Assembly: GCA_002189035.1 (NCBI GenBank) | Contig: NEEC01000011.1 | Coordinates: 3,348,001 to 3,412,000 of the forward strand | Origin: Utricularia gibba | Lineage: Eukaryota; Plantae; Magnoliophyta | Direction: 5' to 3' | Length of the DNA stretch: 64,000 nucleotides | Shown: piece after piece, positions 13,201-25,077 of the stretch | Numbering within the stretch: position 1 is the stretch's first letter | How the letters are laid out: every line of letters begins with the position of its first letter | Position numbers and translations under genes: made by a program | The notes under the pieces: model-generated | Told to the model about the DNA's origin: nothing | Database searches by the model: none | Seen by the model: only the letters and a program-made list of their open reading frames with translations

Positions 13201-14520
13201 GTGGCCACGACGTCGCGATGATGCGACTCGGGCTTCCAATTCGACGCAAATGTGATTTCTCGCTTCAAAACATATGCATTTCATTGGAAGGTGTGAAATT
13301 TTTGTTTTTTGAGGCGATCCCTTACAATGCACGGTTGTGTTCCAACCCACACCTGATGCAGGCCTCGTGCACCATTCCGTATTTTATCGATATCTTGAAA
13401 ACCGTGATGAGCCACGTTGCACGACACACCGTTTCGAAGCTCATTCCAGGCGGTCATCTTCCGTTTTTGAAGCTTCGTCGTCCGACGATGTATCAGAGCT
13501 CGAATTATTGCCTTATATTAGCCTTCAATTGTGCCACAAAGTGGCCACGACGTTCGCGATGATGCGACCTCGGACTTCCGATTCGACGCGAATGGATTTC
13601 TCGCTTTCAAAACATATGCATTTCATTGGAAGGTGTGAAATTTTCGTTTTTGAGGCGATCCCTTACAATGCCACGGTTGTGTTCCAACCCACACCTGATG
13701 AAGGCCTCGTGCACCATTCCGTATTTTGTCGATATCTTGAAAACCGTGATGAGCCACGTTGCGCACGACACCGTTTCGAAGCTCATTCCAGGGCGGTCAT
13801 CTTCCGTTTTTGAAGCTTCGTCGTCCGACGATGTATCAGAGCTCGAATTATTGCCTTATATTAGCCTTCAATTGTGCCACAAAGTGGCCACGACGTTCGC
13901 GATGATGCGACTCGGACTTCCGATTCGACGCGAATGGGATTTCTCGCTTCAAACATATGGATTTCATTGGAAGGTGTGAAATTTTTGTTTTGAGGCGACC
14001 CTTACAATGCCACGGTGTGTTCCAACCCACACCTGATGCAGGCCTCGTGCACCATTCCGTATTTTGTCGATATCTTGAAAACCGTGATGAGCCACGTTGC
14101 ACACGACACACCGTTTCGAAGCTCATTCCGAGGCGGTCATCTTCCGTTTTGAAGCTTTGTCGTTCGACAATATATCAGAGCTCGAATTATTGCCTTATAT
14201 TAGCCTTCAATTGTGCCACAAAGTGGCCACGACGTTCGCGATGATGCGACCTCGGACTTCCGATTCGACGCGAATGGGTTTTCTCGCTTCAAGACATATG
14301 GATTTCATTGGAAGGTATGAAATTTTTGTTTTAGAGGCGACCCTTACAATGCCACGGTTGTGTTCCAACCCACACCTGATGCAGGCCTCGTGCACCATTC
14401 CGTATTTTGTAAATATCTTGAAAACCGTGATGAGCCTTGTTGCACACGACACACCGTTTCGAAGCTCATTCCAGGCGGTCATCTTCCGTTTTTGAAGCTT
14501 CGTCGTCCGACGATGTATCA

Positions 14521-17248
14521 GAGCTCGAATTATTGCCTTATATTAGCCTTCAATTGTGCCAAAGTGGCCACGACGTTCGCGATGATGCGACTCGGGCTTC
14601 CAATTCGACGCAAATGTGATTTCTCGCTTGCAAAACATATGCATTTCATTGGAAGGTGTGAAATTTTTGTTTTGAGGCGATCCCTTACAATGCCACGGTT
14701 GTGTTCCAACCCACACCTGATGCAGGCCTCGTGCACCATTCCGTATTTTATCGATATCTTGAAAACCGTGATGAGCCACGTTGCGACGACACACCGTTTC
14801 GAAGCTCATTCCAGGCGGTCATCTTCCGTTTTGAAGCTTCGTCGTCCGACGATATATCAGAGCTCGAATTATTGCCTTATATTAGCCTTCAATTGTGCCA
14901 AAAGTGGCCACGACGTTCGCGATGATGCGACCTCGGACTTCCGATTCGACGCGAATGGATTTCTCGCTTTCAAAACATATGCATTTCATTGGAAGGTGTG
15001 AAATTTTCGTTTTTGAGGCGATCCCTTACAATGCCACGGTTGTGTTCCAACCCACACCTGATGCAGGCCTCGTGCACCATTCCGTATTTTCTCGATATCT
15101 TGAAACCGTGATGAGCCACGTTGCGCACGACACACCGTTTCGAAGCTCATTCCAGGCGGTCATCTTCCGTTTTTGAAGCTTCGTCGTCCGACAATATATC
15201 AGAGCTCGAATTATTGCCTTATATTAGCCTTCAATTGTGCCACAAAGTGGCCACGACGTTCGCGATGATGCGACTCGGACTTCCGATTCGACGCGAATGG
15301 ATTTCTCGCTTCAAAACATATGATTTCATTGGAAGGTGTGAAATTTTCGTTTTAGAGGCGATCCCTTACAATGCCACGGTGTGTTCCAACCCACACCTGA
15401 TGCAGGCCTCGTGCACCATTCCGTATTTTGTCGATATCTTAAAACCGTGATGAGCCACGTTGCGCACGACACACCGTTTCGAAGCTCATTCCAGAGCGGT
15501 CATCTTCCGTTTTTGAAGCTTCGTCGTCCGACGATGTATCAGAGCTCGAATTATTGCCTTATATTAGCCTTCAATTGTGCCACAAAGTGGCCACGACGTT
15601 CGCGATGATGCGACTCGGGGCTTCCAATTCGACGCAAATGTGATTTCTCGCTTGCAAAATATGCATTTCATTGGAAGGTGTGAAATTTTTTTTTTGAGGC
15701 GATCCCTTACAATGCCACGGTTGTGTTCCAACCCACACCTGATGCAGGCCTCGTGCACCATTCCGTATTTTATCGATATCTTGAAAACCGTGATGAGCCA
15801 CGTTGCGCACGACACACCGTTTCGAAGCTCATTCCAGGCGGTCATCTTCCGTTTTGAAGCTTTCGTCCGACAATATATCAGAGCTCGAATTATTGCCTTA
15901 TATTACCCTTCAATTGTGCCACAAAGTGGCCACGACGTTCGCGATGATGCGACCTCGGACTTCCGATTCGACGCGAATGGATTTCTCGCTTCAAAACATA
16001 TGCATTTCATTGGAAGGTGTGAAATTTTTCGTTTTTGAGGCGATCCCTTACAATGCCACGGTTGTGTTCCAACCCACACCTGATGAAGGCCTCGTGCACC
16101 ATTCCGTATTTTTCGATATCTTGAAACCGTGATGAGCCACGTTGCGCACGACACACCGTTTCGAAGCTCATTCCAGGGCGGTCATCTTCCGTTTTTGAAG
16201 CTTCGTCGTCCGACAATATATCAGAGCTCGAATTATTGCCTTATATTAGCCTTCAATTGTGCCACAAAGTGGCCACGACGTTCGCGATGATGCGACTCGG
16301 ACTTCCGATTCGACGCGAATGGATTTCTCGCTTCAAAACATATGATTTCATTGGAAGGTGTGAAATTTTCGTTTTAGAGGCGATCCCTTACAATGCCACG
16401 TGTGTGTTCCAACCCACACCTGATGCAGGCCTCGTGCACCATTCCGTATTTTGTCGATATCTTAAAACCGTGATGAGCCACGTTGCGCACGACACACCGT
16501 TTCGAAGCTCATTCCAGAGCGGTCATCTTCCGTTTTTGAAGCTTCGTCGTCCGACAATGTATCAGAGCTCGAATTATTGCCTTATATTAGCCTTCAATTG
16601 TGCCACAAAGTGGCCACGACGTTCGCGATGATGCGACTCGGGGCTTCCGATTCGACGCAAATGGATTTCTCGCTTCAAAACATATGCATTTCATTGGAAG
16701 GTGTGAAATTTTGTTTTTGAGGCGATCCCTTACAATGCACGGTTGTGTTCCAACCCACACCTGATGCAGGCCTCGTGCACCATTCCGTATTTTATCGATA
16801 TCTTGAAAACCGTGATGAGCCACGTTGCGCACGACACACGTTTCGAAGCTCATTCAGGGCGGTCATCTTCCGTTTTGGAAGCTTCGTCGTCCGACAATAT
16901 ATCAGAGCTCGAATTATTGCCTTATATTACCCTTCAATTGTGCCACAAAGTGGCCACGACGTTCGCGATGATGCGACCTCGGACTTCCGATTCGACGCGA
17001 ATGGGATTTCTCGCTTTCAAAACATATGGATTTCATTGGAAGGTGTGAAATTTTTGTTTTTTGAGGCGATCCCTTACAATGCCACGGTGTGTTCCAACCC
17101 ACACCTGATGCAGGCCTCGTGCACCATTCCGTATTTTGTCGATATCTTGAAAACCGTGATGAGCCACGTTGCACACGACACACCGTTTCGAAGCTCATTC
17201 CAGGCGGTCATCTTCCGTTTTGAAGCTTCGTCGTCCGACGATGTATCA
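14521..17248. repeat. Local higher-order repeat: Z-Q-R trimer (~1022 bp), about 2.7 copies
   Basis: Z monomers start at 14521, 15542 and 16565 (spacing 1021 and 1023). The rare marker TCTTAAAACC occurs at ~15439 and ~16462, 1023 bp apart. Q and R diagnostic sites recur in order. Confidence 0.6.
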
Positions 17249-17699
17249 GAGCTCGAATTATTGCCTTATATTAGCCTTCAATTGTGCCACAAAGTGGCCA
17301 CGACGTTCGCGATGATGCGACCTCGGACTTCCGATTCGACGCGAATGGGATTTCTCGCTTCAAACATATGGATTTCATTGGAAGGTGTGAAATTTTTTTT
17401 TAGAGGCGAACCCTTACAATGCCACGGTTGTGTTCCAACCCACACCTGATGCAGGCCTCGTGCACCATTCCGTATTTTGTAAATATCTTGAAAACCGTGA
17501 TGAGCCTGTTGCACACGACACACCGTTTCGAAGCTCATTCCAGAGCGGTCATCTTCCGTTTTGAAGCTTCGTCGTCCGACGATGTATCAGAGCTCGAATT
17601 ATTGCCTTATATTAGCCTTCAATTGTGCCACAAAGTGGCCACGACGTCGCGATGATGCGACTCGGGCTTCCAATTCGACGCAAATGTGATTTCTCGCTT

Positions 17700-19660
17700 G
17701 CAAAAATGATATTGGAAGGTGTGAAAATTTTGTTTTTGAGGCATTTCATGCACGGTTTGGAAGGCCTGTGCAATTCCGTATTTTTGTTTTTGATGAGCCA
17801 CGATTTCGAAGCTCATTCAGGCGGTCATCTTCCGTTTGGATGGTCCGACGATGTATGTGAATTATTGCCTTAACCCAATTGTGCACCTTCGCGATGATGC
17901 GACCTCGGACTTCCGATTCGACGCGAATGATTTCTCGCTTTCAAAACATATGCATTTCATTGGAAGGTGTGAAATTTTTCGTTTTTGAGGCGATCCCTTA
18001 CAATGCCACGGTTGTGTTCCAACCCACACCTGATGAGGCCTCGTGCACCATTCCGTATTTTTCGATATCTTGAAAACCGTGATGAGCCACGTTGCGCACG
18101 ACACACCGTTTCGAAGCTCATTCCAGGGCGGTCATCTTCCGTTTTGAAGCTTCGTCGTCCGATATATATCAGAGCTCGAATTATTGCCTTATATTAGCCT
18201 TCAATTGTGCCACAAAGTGGCCACGACGTTCGCGATGATGCGACTCGGACTTCCGATTCGACGCGAATGGGTTTTCTCGCATTCAAACATATGGATTTCA
18301 TTGGAAGGTATGAAATTTTGTTTTGAGGCCCCTTACAATGCCACGGTGTGTTCCAACCCACACCTGATGCAGGCCTCGTGCACCATTCCGTATTTTTGTA
18401 TCTTGAAAACCGTGATGAGCCTTGTTGCACACGACACACCGTTTCGAAGCTCATTCCAGGCGGTCATCTTCCGTTTTGAAGCTTCGTCGTCCGACGATGT
18501 ATCAGAGCTCGAATTATTGCCTTATATTAGCCTTCAATTGTGCCACAAAGTGGCCACGACGTTCGCGATGATGCGACCTCGGACTTCCGATTCGACGCGA
18601 ATGGGTTTTCTCGCTTCAAACATATGGGCGGGAAGATGCATTTGTATTTGAAGAAGTTGTTAAGAGGCGAAATATATCAGAGCTCGAATTATTGCCTTAT
18701 ATTAGCCTTCAATTGTGCCACAAAGTGGCCACGACGTTCGCGATGATGCGACTCCTTCCGATTCGACGCCACACCTGATGCAGGCCTCGTGCACCATTCC
18801 GTATTTTTCGATATCTTGAAACCGTGATGAGCCACGTTGCACGACACACCGTTTCGAAGCTCATTCCAGGGCGGTCATCTTCCGCTTCGTCGTCCGACGA
18901 TGTATCAGAGCTCGAATTATTGCCTTATATTAGCCTTCAATTGTGCCACAAAGTGGCCACGACGTTCGCGATGATGCGACTCGGACTTCCGATTCGACGC
19001 GAATGGATTTCTCGCTTTCAAAACATATGCATTTCATTGGAAGCGTTTTGAGGCGATCCCTTACAATGCCACGGTTGTGTTCCAACCCACACCTGATTCG
19101 TGCACCATTCCGTAATATCTTGAAACCGTGATGAGCCACGTTGCGCACGACACACCGTTTCGAAGCTCATTCCACGGTCATCTTCCGTTTTTGAAGCTTC
19201 GTCGTCCGACGATCAGAGCTCGAATTATTGCCTTATATTAGCCTTCAATTGTGCCACAAAGTGGCCACGACGTTCGCGATGATGCGACTCGGACTTCCGA
19301 TTCGACGCGAATGGTTTCTCGCTTCAAGACATATGGATTTCATTGGAAGGTGTGAAATTTTTTTTAGAGGCGAACAAATGTGAACGATGTCGTGCGCGAG
19401 CAAAACGATTTCGATGCATTTCAAGCTTCGTCGTCCGACGATGTATCAGAGCTCGAATTATTGCCTTATATTAGCCTTCAATTGTGCCACAAAGTGGCCA
19501 CGACGTTCGCGATGATGCGACCTCGGACTTCCGATTCGACTTAAACAATGCACGATCCCTTAAATGTGTGTGTCTCACCATTCCGTATTTTGTCGATATC
19601 TTGAAAACCGTGATGAGCCACCTGATGCATTTCATTTGGACATGCACCATAATTTTGTGC
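17700..19660. other. Disrupted zone of truncated and scrambled monomers
   Basis: Anchor spacing falls to 175 bp (18505-18680) and 228 bp (18680-18908). Junctions at ~17745, 18627-18670, 18769, 19375-19420 and 19540-19660 consist of out-of-order monomer fragments. Confidence 0.8.
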
Positions 19661-22600
19661 CACAAAGTGGCCACGACGTTCGCGATGATGCGACTCGGAC
19701 TTCCGATTCGACGCGAATGGGTTTTCTCGCTTCAAACATATGGATTTCATTGGAAGGTGTGAAATTTTTTTTTGAGGCGAACCCTTACAATGCCACGGTT
19801 GTGTTCCAACCCACACCTGATGCAGGCCTCGTGCACCATTCCGTATTTTGATATCTTGAAAACCGTGATGAGCCGTTGCACACGACACACCGTTTCGAAG
19901 CTCATTCCAGGCGGTCATCTTCCGTTTTTGAAGCTTCGTCGTCCGACGATGTATCAGAGCTCGAATTATTGCCTTATATTAGCCTTCAATTGTGCCACAA
20001 AGTGGCCACGACGTTCGCGATGATGCGACTCGGACTTCCAATTCGACGCAAATGGATTTCTCGCTTCAAACATATGCATTTCATTGGAAGGTGTGAAATT
20101 TTTGTTTTAGAGGCGAACCCTTACAATGCCACGGTGTGTTCCAACCCACACCTGATGCAGGCCTCGTGCACCATTCCGTATTTTGTAAATATCTTGAAAA
20201 CCGTGATGAGCCGTTGCACACGACACACCGTTTCGAAGCTCATTCCGCGGTCATCTTCCGTTTTTGAAGCTTCGTCGTCCGACGATATATCAGAGCTCGA
20301 ATTATTGCCTTATATTAGCCTTCAATTGTGCCACAAAGTGGCCACGACGTTCGCGATGATGCGACTCGGGGCTTCCGATTCGACGCGAATGGATTTCTCG
20401 CTTCAAAACATATGCATTTCATTGGAAGGTATGAAATTTTTGTTTTAGAGGCGAACCCTTACAATGCCACGGTGTGTTCCAACCCACACCTGATGCAGGC
20501 CTCGTGCACCATTCCGTATTTTGTAAATATCTTGAAAACCGTGATGAGCCTTGTTGCACACGACACACCGTTTCGAAGCTCATTCCGAGCGGTCATCTTC
20601 CGTTTTGAAGCTTCGTCGTTCGACAATATATCAGAGCTCGAATTATTGCCTTATATTAGCCTTCAATTGTGCCACAAAGTGGCCACGACGTTCGCGATGA
20701 TGCGACTCGGACTTCCGATTCGACGCGAATGGGATTTCTCGCTTCAAACATATGCATTTCATTGGAAGGTGTGAAATTTTTGTTTTTTGAGGCGATCCCT
20801 TACAATGCCACGGTTGTGTTCCAACCCACACCTGATGCAGGCCTCGTGCACCATTCCGTATTTTATCGATATCTTGAAAACCGTGATGAGCCACGTTGCG
20901 CACGACACACCGTTTCGAAGCTCATTCAGGGCGGTCATCTTCCGTTTTGAAGCTTCGTCCGACAATATATCAGAGCTCGAATTATTGCCTTATATTACCC
21001 TTCAATTGTGCCACAAAGTGGCCACGACGTTCGCGATGATGCGACCTCGGACTTCCGATTCGACGCGAATGGATTTCTCGCTTCAAAACATATGCATTTC
21101 ATTGGAAGGTGTGAAATTTTTGTTTTAGAGGCGATCCCTTACAATGCCACGGTGTGTTCCAACCCACACCTGATGCAGGCCTCGTGCACCATTCCGTATT
21201 TTGTCGATATCTTGAAAACCGTGATGAGCCACGTTGCGCACGACACACCGTTTCGAAGCTCATTCCAGAGCGGTCATCTTCCGTTTTTGAAGCTTCGTCG
21301 TCCGACGATGTATCAGAGCTCGAATTATTGCCTTATATTAGCCTTCAATTGTGCCACAAAGTGGCCACGACGTTCGCGATGATGCGACTCGGGGCTTCCA
21401 ATTCGACGCAAATGTGATTTCTCGCTTGCAAAACATATGCATTTCATTGGAAGGTGTGAAATTTTTGTTTTTGAGGCGATCCCTTACAATGCCACGGTTG
21501 TGTTCCAACCCACACCTGATGCAGGCCTCGTGCACCATTCCGTATTTTATCGATATCTTGAAACCGTGATGAGCCACGTTGCGCACGACACACCGTTTCG
21601 AAGCTCATTCAGGCGGTCATCTTCCGTTTTGAAGCTTCGTCGTCCGACAATATATCAGAGCTCGAATTATTGCCTTATATTACCCTTCAATTGTGCCACA
21701 AAGTGGCCACGACGTTCGCGATGATGCGACCTCGGACTTCCGATTCGACGCGAATGGGATTTCTCGCTTTCAAACATATGGATTTCATTGGAAGGTGTGA
21801 AATTTTTCGTTTTGAGGCGATCCCTTACAATGCCACGGTGTGTTCCAACCCACACCTGATGCAGGCCTCGTGCACCATTCCGTATTTTGTCGATATCTTG
21901 AAAACCGTGATGAGCCTTGTTGCACACGACACACCGTTTCGAAGCTCATTCCGAGGCGGTCATCTTCCGTTTTGAAGCTTCGTCGTCCGACAATATATCA
22001 GAGCTCGAATTATTGCCTTATATTAGCCTTCAATTGTGCCACAAAGTGGCCACGACGTTCGCGATGATGCGACCTCGGACTTCCGATTCGACGCGAATGG
22101 GTTTTCTCGCTTCAAACATATGGATTTCATTGGAAGGTGTGAAATTTTTGTTTTAGAGGCGAACCCTTACAATGCCACGGTTGTGTTCCAACCCACACCT
22201 GATGCAGGCCTCGTGCACCATTCCGTATTTTATCGATATCTTGAAAACCGTGATGAGCCACGTTTCACACGACACACCGTTTCGAAGCTCATTCCGAGGC
22301 GGTCATCTTCCGTTTTGAAGCTTTGTCGTTCGACAATATATCAGAGCTCGAATTATTGCCTTATATTAGCCTTCAATTGTGCCACAAAGTGGCCACGACG
22401 TTCGCGATGATGCGACCTCGGACTTCCGATTCGACGCGAATGGGTTTTCTCGCATTCAAGACATATGGATTTCATTGGAAGGTATGAAATTTTTGTTTTA
22501 GAGGCGAACCCTTACAATGCCACGGTTGTGTTCCAACCCACACCTGATGCAGGCCTCGTGCACCATTCCGTATTTTGTAATATCTTGAAAACCGTGATGA

Positions 22601-25077
22601 GCCTTGTTGCACACGACACACCGTTTCGAAGCTCATTCCAGAGCGGTCATCTTCCGTTTTTGAAGCTTCGTCGTCCGATGTATCAGAGCTCGAATTATTG
22701 CCTTATATTAGCCTTCAATTGTGCCACAAAGTGGCCACGACGTCGCGATGATGCGACTCGGGCTTCCAATTCGACGCAAATGTGATTTCTCGCTTGCAAA
22801 ACATATGCATTTCATTGGAAGGTGTGAAATTTTTGTTTTTGAGGCGATCCCTTACAATGCCACGGTTGTGTTCCAACCCACACCTGATGCAGGCCTCGTG
22901 CACCATTCCGTATTTTATCGATATCTTGAAACCGTGATGAGCCACGTTGCGCACGACACACCGTTTCGAAGCTCATTCCAGGGCGGTCATCTTCCGTTTT
23001 GGAAGCTTCGTCGTCCGACGATGTATCAGAGCTCGAATTATTGCCTTATATTAGCCTTCAATTGTGCCACAAAGTGGCCACGACGTTCGCGATGATGCGA
23101 CCTCGGACTTCCGATTCGACGCGAATGGATTTCTCGCTTTCAAAACATATGCATTTCATTGGAAGGTGTGAAATTTTTCGTTTTTGAGGCGATCCCTTAC
23201 AATGCCACGGTTGTGTTCCAACCCACACCTGATGCAGGCCTCGTGCACCATTCCGTATTTTTCGATATCTTGAAAACCGTGATGAGCCACGTTGCGCACG
23301 ACACACCGTTTCGAAGCTCATTCCAGGGCGGTCATCTTCCGTTTTTGAAGCTTCGTCGTCCGACAATATATCAGAGCTCGAATTATTGCCTTATATTACC
23401 CTTCAATTGTGCCACAAAGTGGCCACGACGTTCGCGATGATGCGACTCGGGCTTCCAATTCGACGCAAATGGATTTCTCGCTTGCAAAACATATGCATTT
23501 CATTGGAAGGTGTGAAATTTTGTTTTAGAGGCGATCCCTTACAATGCCACGGTGTGTTCCAACCCACACCTGATGCAGGCCTCGTGCACCATTCCGTATT
23601 TTGTAAATATCTTGAAAACCGTGATGAGCCTTGTTGCACACGACACACCGTTTCGAAGCTCATTCCAGGGCGGTCATCTTCCGTTTTGAAGCTTCGTCGT
23701 CCGACAATATATCAGAGCTCGAATTATTGCCTTATATTACCCTTCAATTGTGCCACAAAGTGGCCACGACGTTCGCGATGATGCGACTCGGGGCTTCCAA
23801 TTCGACGCAAATGTGATTTCTCGCTTGCAAAACATATGCATTTCATTGGAAGGTGTGAAATTTTTGTTTTAGAGGCGATCCCTTACAATGCCACGGTTGT
23901 GTTCCAACCCACACCTGATGCAGGCCTCGTGCACCATTCCGTATTTTGTCGATATCTTGAAAACCGTGATGAGCCACGTTGCGCACGACACACCGTTTCG
24001 AAGCTCATTCCAGGCGGTCATCTTCCGTTTTTGAAGCTTCGTCGTCCGACGATGTATCAGAGCTCGAATTATTGCCTTATATTAGCCTTCAATTGTGCCA
24101 CAAAGTGGCCACGACGTCGCGATGATGCGACTCGGACTTCCGATTCGACGCAAATGGATTTCTCGCTTCAAAACATATGCATTTCATTGGAAGGTGTGAA
24201 ATTTTCGTTTTAGAGGCGATCCCTTACAATGCCACGGTGTGTTCCAACCCACACCTGATGCAGGCCTCGTGCACCATTCCGTATTTTGTCGATATCTTGA
24301 AAACCGTGATGAGCCACGTTGCGCACGACACACCGTTTCGAAGCTCATTCCAGAGCGGTCATCTTCCGTTTTGAAGCTTCGTCGTCCGACGATGTATCAG
24401 AGCTCGAATTATTGCCTTATATTAGCCTTCAATTGTGCCACAAAGTGGCCACGACGTTCGCGATGATGCGACTCGGGCTTCCAATTCGACGCAAATGTGA
24501 TTTCTCGCTTCAAAACATATGCATTTCATTGGAAGGTGTGAAATTTTTGTTTTTGAGGCGATCCCTTACAATGCCACGGTTGTGTTCCAACCCACACCTG
24601 ATGCAGGCCTCGTGCACCATTCCGTATTTTATCGATATCTTGAAACCGTGATGAGCCACGTTGCACGACACACGTTTCGAAGCTCATTCCAGGCGGTCAT
24701 CTTCCGTTTTGAAGCTTCGTCGTCCGACGATGTATCAGAGCTCGAATTATTGCCTTATATTAGCCTTCAATTGTGCCACAAAGTGGCCACGACGTTCGCG
24801 ATGATGCGACCTCGGACTTCCGATTCGACGCGAATGGGTTTTCTCGCTTCAAACATATGGATTTCATTGGAAGGTGTGAAATTTTTGTTTTAGAGGCGAA
24901 CCCTTACAATGCCACGGTTGTGTTCCAACCCACACCTGATGCAGGCCTCGTGCACCATTCCGTATTTTATCGATATCTTGAAAACCGTGATGAGCCACGT
25001 TGCACGACACACCGTTTCGAAGCTCATTCCAGGCGGTCATCTTCCGTTTTGAAGCTTCGTCGTCCGACGATGTATCA

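Noticed and set aside
13337-13813. A 345-bp version of the monomer would give one stop-free frame (115-aa repeat FEASSSDNISELELLPY...KLIPGRSSSV), suggesting a tandem-repeat protein
   Set aside because: It needs the shortened GAATGGATTT allele. Full-length P copies end in W-K-V-stop (GGTATGA/GGTGTGA) and Z copies in Q-M-stop (ATGTGA). The inferred 346-bp unit is not a multiple of 3, and variants do not preserve frame.
18627-18645. GGAAGATG is the reverse complement of monomer CATCTTCC, a possible micro-inversion
   Set aside because: It is only 8 bp, lies inside a scrambled junction and is compatible with chance. No other inverted monomer segment was seen.
1123-23603. Strict 11-mer periodicity of P monomers (GTAAATATC at 1123, 4873, 8609)
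   Set aside because: The first two intervals match (3750 and 3736 bp), but later ones are ~3075, 2725, 3070, 2706, 338 and 3080. The intervening monomer orders also do not repeat, so a long fixed HOR is not supported.
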